Assembly: GCA_038496445.1 (NCBI GenBank) | Contig: JALMLS010000378.1 | Location: 124,001 to 188,000, forward strand | Source of the DNA: Trichosphaerium sp. ATCC 40318 | Taxonomy: Eukaryota > Protista > Tubulinea | Direction of reading: 5' to 3' | DNA length: 64,000 nucleotides | Shown here: positions 26,021 through 37,464 of the stretch, piece after piece | How positions within the stretch are numbered: position 1 is the first letter of the stretch | How the letters are laid out: each line of letters starts with the position of its first letter | Made by a program: the position numbers and the translations under genes | The notes under the pieces: generated by a model | Told to the model about the DNA's origin: nothing | Databases searched by the model: none | What the model saw: the letters and a program-made list of their open reading frames with translations, nothing else

Positions 26021-26527
26021 TTTATTTATGTGTTTCGCGTATATGTAAGCCACGTTGTTATGGTTGTTTGTTATTTTGATTTATAAAGCTACAAGACACA
26101 AACTTTTTTCAGTGAACTGTTTTATTCATAATTATTGCCTGTCCACGTTTTTGTTTTTATGAATGCGTTTCTCAACGTATTTTGAGAAAAATACCTAGGA
26201 ACGCATAAGATACTAGTATACTAGTGAACATGCTTCTTGTTCTTCACCTTCATCATCACAATTTTCCACAGTTGAACCTATCTGCTATTTCAGCAAACGC
26301 GAAAAGTCTCAGAAATAAGGCTTCAAATACGACTGTTATTGGTAGTAAGAGGATTAATGAGCTTTTGTTGAGTGATACAACCTTACCCTTTCTTTGAGAA
26401 AGGGCGTGAGATAGGATTCTAGACAGAAGAAGTTTTATTCAACAAAAAAATTTTGTGGACAAAAAGTAGTCGTAGTCTTGCGTATGTTCAAGTTGATGTT
26501 TATTTTTATCCCTGTCTTTTTGAATTA

Positions 26528-27226
26528 TCAGTCAAGAGAATCAGAATCTTTCCTCTTTCTTTTCAAAAGCGGTATAGATTCATTATCGTGAACTTTTCTA
26601 CTTATAAATTTAAAAACAACCATGCCAGTTATAAGAAAGCAAACAATCACAAAAGTGGTCGTTAACACGATAAGTTCAACGTATGTAGAAGGATGATTTT
26701 TTGTGCCAAGTTCCCATAGTACATTAGCATCATAGTACGCAGCACCGCCAAGAAACAACAGCCCAAAAACAGCTCCAAAAATCCACTATTTGACGGAGAA
26801 AAATTAGTTTACAAATGTCTCTTGGTGTCACGTGCGCGGTTTAAAACAAAATACTGCTTACCATTGCTAGGTACACTGAGTGTAGTAATTCTATACACAC
26901 CATAACCATAGCGAATATTGCCATTGTAAAAAAGAATACGCTTGAAACGAGCGTGAAGCCAGTACTTAAATCTTGTGGATAACAAAGCGTTTGGGTAACG
27001 CTTGGCACATCAACTTGTATATACGTCGTACACTCTTGTCCTAGCCTTCTCCATACACCTGACGCTATTGAGCACATTGAAGCAGCCTATATTGGTACAA
27101 TAAGACGATAATTGGCACGTGATCCTTAAAAAAGCGTTACGACGCTCTTACCAACAATGCCAATCCCCACACACTTATATACATCTCGCACAGTAAACAT
27201 CCTCCAGAGCATCTACCTTTAGCCAT
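26528..27226 (-). CDS. Four-TM (claudin/tetraspan-like topology) membrane protein, 3 exons
   Basis: MAKGRC...WGLALL|AASMCSIASGVW...C...C, three further hydrophobic helices, and a cytosolic tail with ESIPLL acidic-dileucine motif. Confidence 0.6.
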
Positions 27227-27395
27227 CGTTGACACTATCTGGTATTCTTTGGGTAAAACAGATGTATGCTGTGCCACACAAAAGGCACTGACGGGTTTTT
27301 ATGACTGGCTTAACATGTTAAGCCAATATATCAGAATGGGAGATCTCTGTAGTTTCTGAGGAAAGTAACGTAGACTCTACAACGAGGTATAAACT

Positions 27396-28811
27396 TTACA
27401 CTGTATTAAAAAGTGGAATGTCAAAGGGTTCCAGACTAAAAGGTATTTCGATTTCTGTGGCCATGGGAATATCTTCCAAAGGCTGTTCTTCCTCTATCGA
27501 TGTTACTGGGCTGCTGAAAACATGTAGCTGGCTCTTTAGTATTGCAATCTCGTTACGTAGGTCTTCATTGGTTTGTTGTAGGGAAGCAATTTTGGCTTGA
27601 TATTCTTCGTTTGTTGTGCTGTTTGTTTCTTCCAGCATGTTTCTAGCCCTACCAGCGCAAGACACGCAATCGAAATTGATTTCTAGTGACCCTTTAAACC
27701 TTGTCGTTAGCTTAAAACGCTTTGGTTGTTCTGATATCCTAAGAAAAAAAAGCACATCAGACGTAAATACTGGTGTTAGCGTTCTTACTCTATGAGGTAG
27801 GTAGTTTGTGGATCTTTGAGAAGTTTCTCCCTTTCCTCGTTGGATAGAATATCTATTTTACTACGATGGGCGTTAACGAGTGAGAGACAGCCCGGCGAAG
27901 GGGATACAAAAACTTAGTAACTTACCTTACAATTTCACGCCAAACTTGGTTTATTGTGCTCTTGTCGCTCAGATACAACAAGTAGAACACAACTAGGTTA
28001 GCTATTAGGGTCCCCGCTGCTTCGATATTTGTATTACTGGCGATGTAAGTACACGTAGAATCTAGTAATACCGTACAAAACTGAGAGCTTTTTGTTTATG
28101 TTTTCACCTTCTTTCAGCCAACTTTGCTTGTTGGAGCCAGCTCTTATTCTATGGTACTCAAGGTACTCATAGATATCGTTTCGTACTACATTTGGGTCTT
28201 TTGATACCACCTACAGCGAGTTACTATTTACTAAAAAGTGTCTCTGAGAGCAGTTTTTCATGAGAGGTTTTCTGTACTTCTAAATATTTCGGCCAAAAAC
28301 TTTCAATACAAGTCCTTAGCCCGTTTGACGGCCCTCTGTGACATCCAACCGGGAGGTCAATAGAAACGTTCTCACAATGAGTACCATTAATTAGTACGCT
28401 CACGCTGAAATACAGCATTGACGGTGACTTTGGTCTAAAGGACTTTTAGATAGTCTTAAAAAATAGTATTATATGGTATTATTTTAAAATGAGTACTCAC
28501 TCGCTGTAGTCAACAGCTTTTGCAATGTTGACAGTAATCTCTCCGCTATTTGCTTTATTAACGTATGACTGCTTTCTTGGGCCTGTCTTCTTGAGCTGAG
28601 ATTTTCTCTTATACTGTTCGTGCGAACAAGCAACAGAGAGGATCACTTGAGTTGTTCTAATAGTTACATAGTAGTCCTCGAGTTGGCCTTTTCCAGCTCT
28701 CAACCATAGAATACGTGGTGTCACTTGTATTTCTAATGACGCCGTGTTGTTACGCCTTTTCGCTTGTTTACCGTTATTATAAGAAGTTTTTGATCTCTTC
28801 CTCTTTGACAT
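27396..28811 (-). CDS. Hypothetical nuclear protein (NLS, beta-rich core, C-terminal coiled coil), multi-exon
   Basis: MSKRKRSK...KRR basic NLS; joinable exons with GT-AG ends; C-terminal EYQAKIASLQQTNEDLRNEIAILKSQL heptads. Confidence 0.5.
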
Positions 28812-29239
28812 GAGGGCTTGCTCTCGACTAGTTTTTGGAAATATTGTTTCTGCTAACAAAAAAAAAAAGTGAACATTTTCTGACTGCACTTTTAATTGGT
28901 ACGGTTTATTTTCTGTCGGTCTAATAAATTGGTTGAGATTGTTTATTTCATTAGGCTGTCATCAGTGTTAGAATAGAAGTTAGACAAAACCTGGTTCGCT
29001 GAGGTATGAAGGGTGGTTTTTTGTTGGGAAGTGTATGTTCCCAAATTGTTTGCATTCCAAAACAGTAACGACATGTGTATAACCGAGTAATTTACATCTA
29101 GATAAAAACTATCTATAACTCTACAAAACAATGTGATAAATAATAACCGTATCATCATAATTGTTGTTTGGAATACAGATTTAAATATGACGTAATTTTG
29201 TATGTACTTCATTTCTTTGGTAGCTATCTATATTACTTT

Positions 29240-29381
29240 TGTCGTATATGAATACTTCATATACGTCATTCGTTATTCAGATAACGAAGTTCCTAAATGT
29301 AATAAACTTAATAAATACAGAATTCTCCTTACCTCGTACCTGCAACAACTCGTCCTATAACCCTAGCTAAGTTATACGACA
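29240..29381 (+). repeat. 5' LTR (142 bp)
   Basis: TGTCGTATA...TATACGACA with 9-bp terminal inverted repeat; one mismatch versus 37323-37464. Confidence 0.95.
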
Positions 29382-29383
29382 CC

Positions 29384-29394
29384 TGGCGACACAG
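29384..29394 (+). other. Primer-binding site (tRNA 3'-end complement, possibly tRNA-Ser)
   Basis: TGGCGACACAG 2 nt after the 5' LTR. It implies a tRNA ending CUGUGUC-G-CCA; the G discriminator suggests Ser (inference). Confidence 0.65.
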
Positions 29395-29813
29395 ATTTGT
29401 AATAGGGTAAGTCTTTAACAACTAACACTCGGCACCTTTGTGCATATATATATTTTCGGAGTACTTTACACTCCTTCTTTCTTGGCTATACGCCTTCGGA
29501 TTATACCGTAAACAAACACGTAAGCCGACTTAGTTCGCAGTACTCCTATTTACGTCGGACTGTGCTCCGAGCGTGTAAGTCGTCTTAGTACGCGAAAACA
29601 AACATCAACGAAGCCAAACCTTCGTGTAAGTCGAGTTATCTCGCGAAACCTCGGACTCCCAAGTCCTTCGGAGTACATAGTACTTCTTGTATTTGGTTTA
29701 AAAACCCCACAAAACTGTACAGGCCATCAGCGCCTTAAAAAACTATTAATAAAAAACTATTAAATACATAGTACACATCTCTTATCAATAACTCCTCTTG
29801 TCTTCCGTCAGCG

Positions 29814-31352
29814 ATGACTGACCTGTCACAACAGGGTGATATCCCTCTTCCTGGCGTTAGTTTTGATCAAGAATCACAAGCCAGTGAACATGATTCCGTT
29901 CAACAAGACCTTGAACGAATTGAAGAAGAAGACAAAGAATTGCGACAGCAACAAGCTGATGAGCAATCACAAAGTGATGAGGATTACGAAGAGCCTACTA
30001 ATACGCCTCCTCCTAAAGGTACCCAACAAACATATGAAAAAGAGTTAATGACAGGGTTGTCTGTCCCAGCCGGACTTAACGTAAAAGCCGATAAAAAGGT
30101 TCATCCCAAAAGTCCGATCAACTTAGAACCACATACACCGTTAACAGAAGCAGTTAACAGAGGGTATGGAGATGATGATTCCAATACATTTGCTGACTCT
30201 ACAAACTCCAAGAGTACCGAAGTAGACAGTGATAATGACAGTCAGGACTTTGAGTCGAAAACATCTAAAAAATCGACCAAATCAAAAACATCAAAAAAAT
30301 CAAAAAAATCTAAAAAACCTAATAAAAAATCTCCTGCTGATCTTAAACATGTCCTCAGTTACATTCCGCGTTTAAAAACAAAAAACCGTGCTACCATAGA
30401 TCATTGGTATAAATTTAGCATTAGCTTAGCAAAAACTTATGGTGTCGATGATGACACTCTTGCTTTAGCACTAAGAGTTAGCATAAAGAACGAAGAGCTT
30501 AAAAAACTGCTCACAACTGTTCCACTAAACTCATCTCCTATCAAAATATATAACGCCATAATTGCGGAGGTTGTAACTCTGTTGGACAGAGCTTGTTCGG
30601 TGATTAATTTCAGAGATTGTGTACAAGATAAAGATGAGACGTGCAGAAAATACATGCGCCGTCTTAAAGAAACAGCGAAGTACGCTAACAAAAGTACTTG
30701 TGCAGTAGTGGAGCAATTTGTCCTCGGACTTAAAAAAGACCTCCGTGCTCAGATCTATAACACATATATTGTGCTTAGAAAGAGCTATGAAAACAACGAC
30801 ATTAAATCTAAATACTTTTGTGAAAAAATACTTGAAAAAGCTGAGAAAAAAGAGATACAGCTTAATCTCGCAGGTGTAGATACTAATCTTATTAGTCATG
30901 ATAGTTCTAACACTATTTCTACAAACAATATTGATCGCAATACTCGTTGGAACGTACCTGCGCAGATACCTTCTAATGTTCAACCGCAACAGTCTCAAAC
31001 GGCAAGTGACCTCGAAAAAGAAATTGCCAAGTTGAACAAAAGGATCAGTGAACTAACTAAGAGTAGGAAGTTCAACAACAACAACAACCGATTTAACAAT
31101 GGTCGTGCCCCGAAACAACAGTGCAATAACTTTAATGGTAATAACAACCAACAGCGAGGGCAAAGAAATAACAAAAACAACCAACAAAATAATCAGAGAA
31201 ACAACAATAGTACCCCACGTGGAACAGTCATGCGTGAAGGTCAACTTGTCTGTTCTACCTGTTATGGTCCAGCACACGCTAACGGCGAAATATGCAGCCT
31301 ATACTCTGATTACAAGACGCAACGCGTGCAGACATTCGTAGAAAGAACTTAG
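29814..31352 (+). CDS. gag: Retrotransposon Gag
   Basis: MHR-like Q.KDETCRKYMRRLKETA, FVLGLKKDLR, N/Q-rich linker, zinc knuckle CSTCYGPAHANGEIC. Confidence 0.85.
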   Translation: MTDLSQQGDIPLPGVSFDQESQASEHDSVQQDLERIEEEDKELRQQQADEQSQSDEDYEEPTNTPPPKGTQQTYEKELMTGLSVPAGLNVKADKKVHPKSPINLEPHTPLTEAVNRGYGDDDSNTFADSTNSKSTEVDSDNDSQDFESKTSKKSTKSKTSKKSKKSKKPNKKSPADLKHVLSYIPRLKTKNRATIDHWYKFSISLAKTYGVDDDTLALALRVSIKNEELKKLLTTVPLNSSPIKIYNAIIAEVVTLLDRACSVINFRDCVQDKDETCRKYMRRLKETAKYANKSTCAVVEQFVLGLKKDLRAQIYNTYIVLRKSYENNDIKSKYFCEKILEKAEKKEIQLNLAGVDTNLISHDSSNTISTNNIDRNTRWNVPAQIPSNVQPQQSQTASDLEKEIAKLNKRISELTKSRKFNNNNNRFNNGRAPKQQCNNFNGNNNQQRGQRNNKNNQQNNQRNNNSTPRGTVMREGQLVCSTCYGPAHANGEICSLYSDYKTQRVQTFVERT

Positions 31353-31608
31353 ATCAAATATGTAATAACAGTAAGTCAACAAACTCAACCAATAAAACTA
31401 ACATAGTTGTTGCTTCAGATCAAGATAACACCTTCTCGAATTATCAACAATCGCGCTATATGCCTACAGCAAATCAAATTATGGATGATGTCATGTCAGA
31501 TGACGAAGAGGAATTTAATAACCGGATCATCAAACCAACAGCATCAATCCATATGCTGCTCCTCTCTCTCCTCTTGTAGATGATGAAGACGACGATCCTT
31601 TCTCACCT

Positions 31609-34347
31609 ATGGTATCCCGCGTGAAACAAGCAAAACCAACTATACAGAAACCTGCCAAAGAATACTACAGCAGAGGAATCAAAGAACTCGCAAAAAAATA
31701 TAAAGATCAATTTATTACCGAGAATATCTTTAACGCTGGCACAGATAAGTCCAGCATCGACAGCGAGAAGCTCCCTATCGTCCATATTAAACTAGGTGGA
31801 CGCACAGTAGAAGCTATGATCGATTCCGGATCCACAATCTCTGTAGTAAGCAACAGATGTGTCAACTATCTCAACAGCTACTTCAAAAAAGCAGGAAAAC
31901 CTATACTTGCAATTAATCACAGTAAGATTATTCAAGTTTCTAGTGACATACTTAACAACGTTGCTGAATATTCTTTAGGCGTCGTCAATACCGAAATAAT
32001 ACTCATGGATGTGCCAACATTTGAAACACTCCATGTGATGGAAAAACCCCAATTTGATGTTGTTCTTGGTATCAACACTCTCATCAACGCTAAAGCAGTG
32101 ATTGATTTCAGCAAAAGCGTCATTTACTCCGGTAAACATTATGGAGTCACTCCTACCGTCAACCTCACAGACATCAACATTTCTGAGCCTAAAATCGCCA
32201 ACTCGGCTGATAACTCCCTTCACGAAGATATACCCTTACCTATGGATGAATCCGAGAAGGATACAGAATCCACTATCAACACTACAGAAGGCAGTCTTCC
32301 TAACACGCCTCTGTACTCGGATGACAATCTCATCAAACAACTCACGGAAGGAGGTGACGAACCTGAGATAGATACTCGCAAAATCAACAAAGCGAACAAG
32401 CTCACGACAAACGAGATCAAAAAGATTGTCGACAAGGCTAACATCAAGAAAGAAGCCACATTCTGTTCCGAAATCACTTATAAAAAATCGGATTACAGGG
32501 AAATCGCTCTCATTTCAGACAAAAACGCTGAAGTCAAATTCACCGACCGCGAAGGAATGACTTTCAACTTTAGACTTCCTAATCTTCCTCCCTTCTCCGA
32601 AGTTACCATCACTGAAGCTCTCAGCTTTAGAAAGGAAAACGAAGTCATGGTATCAATGATTGGACTTGGATCTCATCAAACCAGCAAAAGCGTTCAATTA
32701 ACCATCTTGCATCAAGATCAAGAAAACCGCAACACCCCTATTGTCATCAAAAAGGGCAGTGTACTCGCCTACGCGTTCATTAATCGCCTTGGCAAAATCA
32801 ATAGCAATAAACCTACCTTAGTTTACTCTGAGTTAATTCCTAACATAACTCCTACTAACAAATCACTAGATTTTAATAAGTCAGTTGAATTACCAAAGTT
32901 AGTACCTGAGAAAGGAACCCCACCTCCTGTCGAGCGTTTCCTAAATAGAGCACCTAACACTTCTACTGAAACGTTAACAGAACTAAAGAATGATCCTGTG
33001 CTCAAGGACATTCAAGTTAATACTAAAGTGCTATCTAACAATCAACGTGATTATCTGGTTGATTTATTAAAAGTCAAGGGTACACGTGTATATAATGAAC
33101 CTGAAAAGTACGGTCAGGTAAAGTACGAACCAATTAAACTTAAAATAAGAGATAATGCTGTACCACACAGAGTTAAAAGAAGACGCTATGCAGCAAAATA
33201 CGAAAAACAATTACAAAAATGTGTTGATCGTCTAGTTGCACAAGGCATAGTATCTAAAGTTACCGGCTCTGACTGGGTGTCTCATGCAATGGTCCTCCGT
33301 AAGAAAACTGGCGATGATCGCTTTATTATAGACCCTGCAAAAGTAAATGAGAACACAGAATTCTACCCATATCAAATACCTGATTGTAATGAAATGCTTA
33401 ATAAATTTTCAAAATGGAAATATAAAAGCGCTCACGACCTACCTCAAGGTTTCTTCCAGTTCTTGTTAGATAAAGATAGTCGTAAATACACGGCTTTTGT
33501 CACTAAGAAAGGAGTATACGTCTTCAATGTCTTATCAATGGGTTACAAAAACTCACCTGCTGAATTCCAAGAAGCAATGAACAATATCTTTAGCAGTCTA
33601 GATCACACTGAACCATACTTTGATGATGTTGGAACGGGAGCCAATACAGTGGATCAAATGCTAAAACATTTAGAAGAATTCTACGATGTATGCATCAAAT
33701 ACAATGTAAGAATGTCCCCTCGTAAGACAGTACTATTTGCTACAGAAATGAACCACTTAGGACACACGCTAGTGGGTAAAGCAATGGTTCCTAGTGAAAG
33801 TAAAATTAGTAAACTACTATCAGTTGCAAAACCTACAGGGAAAAAGCAACTTAGCTCCATAATACATCTAGCAGGTTACTATCGTAAGTTTGTAAAGGAC
33901 TTCGCTGGGATAACTCAACCGCTTACAAAATTACTCAAGGATGATGTTCCCTTTGAGTGGAAGGATGAAGTTCAAGGAAAAGCGTGGAATACTTTACTAA
34001 ATAAACTTACTTCATACCCTGTATTAGTTCCACCTGACTATTCTAAACCATTTGTATTACATACAGACGCTTCTAAACATTCTATAGGCGCTGTACTAGA
34101 ACAAGAACATAATGGTGAACTCCACGTTGTTGAATACTTTTCTAAGAAATTAAAACCTGAAAGAGTTAAGAAATGGGAAATTTGGAAAAAGGAATGTTGG
34201 GCTATTGTAGCAGCAGTAACGAAATTCCGTCACTACCTACTCCCCAACAAATTTACTATAGTAACGGATCATAAAGCGTTACTCTATCTCAAGAATTTCC
34301 ATGACCCTACTCCTATACTAATGAGGTGGGTCATGAAACTGTCAGAA
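31609..34347 (+). CDS. pol: Pol N-terminal part: aspartic protease, reverse transcriptase, RNase H (interrupted by insertion at 34348)
   Basis: AMIDSGS protease; DLPQGFFQ, MGYKNSP, YFDD RT; LHTDAS, KECWAIV, TDHKAL RNase H. Confidence 0.92.
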
Positions 34348-35260
34348 CAGGGGTAAAAATATTCTCAGCAAATAAATAGCATTTGCCAGCAAAATTTACT
34401 GGCAAATCATAAGATTTTGCTGGCAAAAAAATCCATTAAATTCAGGGTTTTTGCTGGTTTTTTTGGCAAACATTACTTGCAAATATCATCATTTGCCAGC
34501 AAATATCCATGGTATTTGCTGAAAATTCACAGTAAAAAAAACACATTGTCAATAAAACCAGTCAGGAGTTTCAATCAATGCACAAGGTATTTTATTTAAA
34601 TCACATGCACAAATACAAAATCACATTATAATGTACATAGAGTGTTTTTCTGTTGGGTGATTGGAATATTTCGCCATATGATTCTATACCATGTACCCCC
34701 CTGTAAAATGGTGCTGCGCATCTAATGCAAGTGGTTTCATCAAAATCCGTGTATTACTAAGAGCTACAGAAGTATGTAAATATAATCGCTCGAATAAATA
34801 AATAAATACTTACACATACCTCCGGACGCCTGCGGAAGGCAGGTACTTCCGTAATACTTTTGTTGGTAATGTAAATTGGTCTTGCGGTCACAGGGAGCTT
34901 GGTTTGGTTAAATTCCGTCAATTACTAAGAACGCTACATACCATTTAATAGTGATCATCCAAAATCGTTTTGAGCTCACATTGAAAAAGTATGTCAAGTC
35001 AATGAGTTTTTTCTTGGGAATATTATAGCTGGTGTTTTTTGGCCAACTCAGCAAAACCATGGCATTTGCCAGCAAATGGCAAATATCTGGATTTGCTGGC
35101 AAATGACAGTTTTTGTTAATTTGCACAATGGCAAAACCATGGCATTTGCCAACAAACAGCAAATATCAAGATTTGCCATCAAATGACAGTTTTTGCCATT
35201 TCAATAAAAATGGCAAATATCAAAATTTGCCAGCAATTGCCATAGATATTTTTACCCCTG
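34348..35260. mobile_element. Non-autonomous TIR DNA transposon (MITE-like, 913 bp) nested in pol
   Basis: Perfect 15-bp TIR CAGGGGTAAAAATAT...ATATTTTTACCCCTG, flanked by AA/AA, with many subterminal ATTTGCCAGCAAA repeats. Removal restores LSE-YDFDIQYRKGK...ADALSR. Confidence 0.92.
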
Positions 35261-37308
35261 AATATGACTTCGATATACAGTATCGCAAAGGCAAATCACA
35301 TGCCAATGCTGACGCTCTCTCTAGATTAGAATTCGAAGGAGATCATGAACTAGATGAAGAATTAGAAGAACTTCTAGATCCACAAGACCTTGAAAAAGCC
35401 AATCTATCCTTCAATATAAAAGACGCTAAAGGAAATGTAGTATATAAAGTAAATAACACGTCAACTACATCAATATCTCCGTTTGTACCTGAATTGAATC
35501 AGCGAAAAATAAATATTAGTAACCTCCTGACCTGATTTATTTCCTTAATTGCTGAGCTCGAAACTAGTACACTAACACAACCTAAACTTACTCGCAATGG
35601 TACATTTGCACTTGACTCAGATGGTGTACTTAATAATTTTACAGTACCACCAGGTCATGTCAAAGCAAACGGCATATTTAGAATTGTCGTCCCGGACTGT
35701 CTAAAAATAGATGTGCTAAGGCACTTCCATGACTCACCACTTAGTGCACATGTAGGAGTAAACAAAATGTATAACAATATTAGAAGCCGTTTTTATTGGA
35801 AGAATATGTTAGCGGATATTCAAAATTATACATCTAAATGTGACATCTGTCAAAAGCGTAAATTTCGGTCTAAAACAACTAAAGACGGACACATGATACC
35901 AATAACAGCTCATCCTTGGGACGTTATAGCTGTTGATATATCAGGTCCATTTCCAACGTCCTACAAAGGAAATTCGTACATCCTTTCAATATCTGATTTG
36001 CTATCTAAATGGCATGAATTCGTACCTATGAGCTCTACAACTTCAGACTTAGTTGCTGATGCTATATGTGAGCATATCATTACTAAGTTTGGCGCTTTCA
36101 GAGCCATAATCAGTGACAATGGCTCCAATTTTAGAAGTGAAATTATAAGTAAAATATGTGAAACAATGAAAATCGAAAATCGATTTATTTCACCTTACAA
36201 TCCTCAGTGTAACGGGCAAGCTGAAAGATCCTTTGGAACCGCTGTACCGTTATTAAGAGCTTTAACTGTAAAAGACCCACATGACTGGGATAATAAATTA
36301 CCCTTCTTACAGTTCGCCTTTAATAGTACAATTAACCGTACTACAGGAGTAAGTCCACATTTCGCATTATTTGGAAGGGAGCCTAGACTTGACCAAGTGT
36401 ACGCTACCAACATTCCAACAGATCACGTGGATGCAGCTACATACACTGCGAATATGGTTAAAACAATTGCTGATACACAAGAGCTTGTTCGCCAACACAC
36501 TAAAAAGCGACAAGCTGAGTATCAAAGGTACAAGGACAGAAATGTGCCTGACAAAATTGAAACCTTTACAATCGGTCAACAAGTACTCGTTTGGAAAGAA
36601 CTCCAAGGCGAAGGACCGAAAAAGTTAAAGAATAAAAGACATGGTCCGTACACCGTTACAGGAATAATTGGTCCTAAAACGTACAAATTAAGACACAATG
36701 TCAAAGGTCACACTGAAAGTGTTGACATGAAACGAATCATTGAGTACAAATCACATGACTCAATTGATCAAATAAATGAAGACACGCGAAGAGCGGTCTC
36801 AAAACTCCTCAAAGATCTTCCTCACGCCAAGTATCACTTGCGCGATGATGAACCATATGATCGAATCTACCACGCTGAAAACGTGGATCAACCTATGGAA
36901 GTACCAGAGCTTATAGATGACGAACCTGACACCGACTCAGAATCAGTCACTACCACAGTCTCTCCTCCATCCTCACTACCTCCTCCTCCTGAAGATACTG
37001 CTTCTCATGATGAACAAACCGTCGAATACACTCCGTTAATGCAAACATTCAAAGAACTTATTGTGAATGCAAGGAAGAAAATCACGAAAACAAAAACCAA
37101 AGTTTTGCACAGCTCTTTCAGAACGAACCTCAGAAACATGGTTGAACCTGGTGCTGGTTTTATTAAAAAAGAAAATGCGTCAGAATTCAAACGCGAAATT
37201 ACAAAGACGAAAACGAAAACCCAAGCGCTCACATTGCTGGATGAATGGATCAACAACTTCGATGTCGTGTTCGCACATGAAATACAGAAGCCGAGACGCT
37301 TCTCTTGA
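35261..37308 (+). pseudogene. pol: Pol C-terminal part: end of RNase H and integrase (in-frame TGA at 35533-35535)
   Basis: ADALSR; HHCC (HD...H...CDIC); DDE core VDISG, SDNG, GQAER; GPY motif; same frame either side of the TGA. Confidence 0.88.
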
Positions 37309-37320
37309 AAAAGGAGGGAG
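37307..37320 (+). other. Polypurine tract
   Basis: GAAAAAGGAGGGAG 2 nt before the 3' LTR. Confidence 0.85.
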
Positions 37321-37322
37321 TA

Positions 37323-37464
37323 TGTCGTATATGAATACTTCATATACGTCATTCATTATTCAGATAACGAAGTTCCTAAATGTAATAAACTTAATAAATA
37401 CAGAATTCTCCTTACCTCGTACCTGCAACAACTCGTCCTATAACCCTAGCTAAGTTATACGACA
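37323..37464 (+). repeat. 3' LTR (142 bp)
   Basis: Direct repeat of 29240-29381. Confidence 0.95.

Larger units (their letters stand above)
29240..37464 (+). mobile_element. Ty3/gypsy LTR retrotransposon, full length but disrupted
   Basis: Two 142-bp LTRs (TG...CA), PBS, PPT, gag with CCHC, and pol in PR-RT-RH-IN order. Confidence 0.95.

Noticed and set aside
26212-26225. 14-bp palindrome ACTAGTATACTAGT, and the 8-bp hairpin near 3734-3756
   Set aside because: Isolated and short, with no associated TSD or element structure
28943-29212. LLFWNANNL resembling a LINE AP-endonuclease start
   Set aside because: Single short motif with no downstream QE, GDFN or SDH motifs
34353-35245. Splicing-out of the TIR element as an intron (GT in the left TIR, AG near the right TIR)
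   Set aside because: The available acceptors (35233, 35245) lead to an in-frame TGA at the element end
35533-35535. In-frame TGA as evidence for recoding or an alternative genetic code
   Set aside because: Host genes end in TAA, TAG and TGA normally, and this copy is already disrupted
30437-37453. Antisense and overlapping ORFs within gag and pol, and similar shadow ORFs elsewhere
   Set aside because: They are shadows of real coding frames or F/K-rich intron read-through with no motifs
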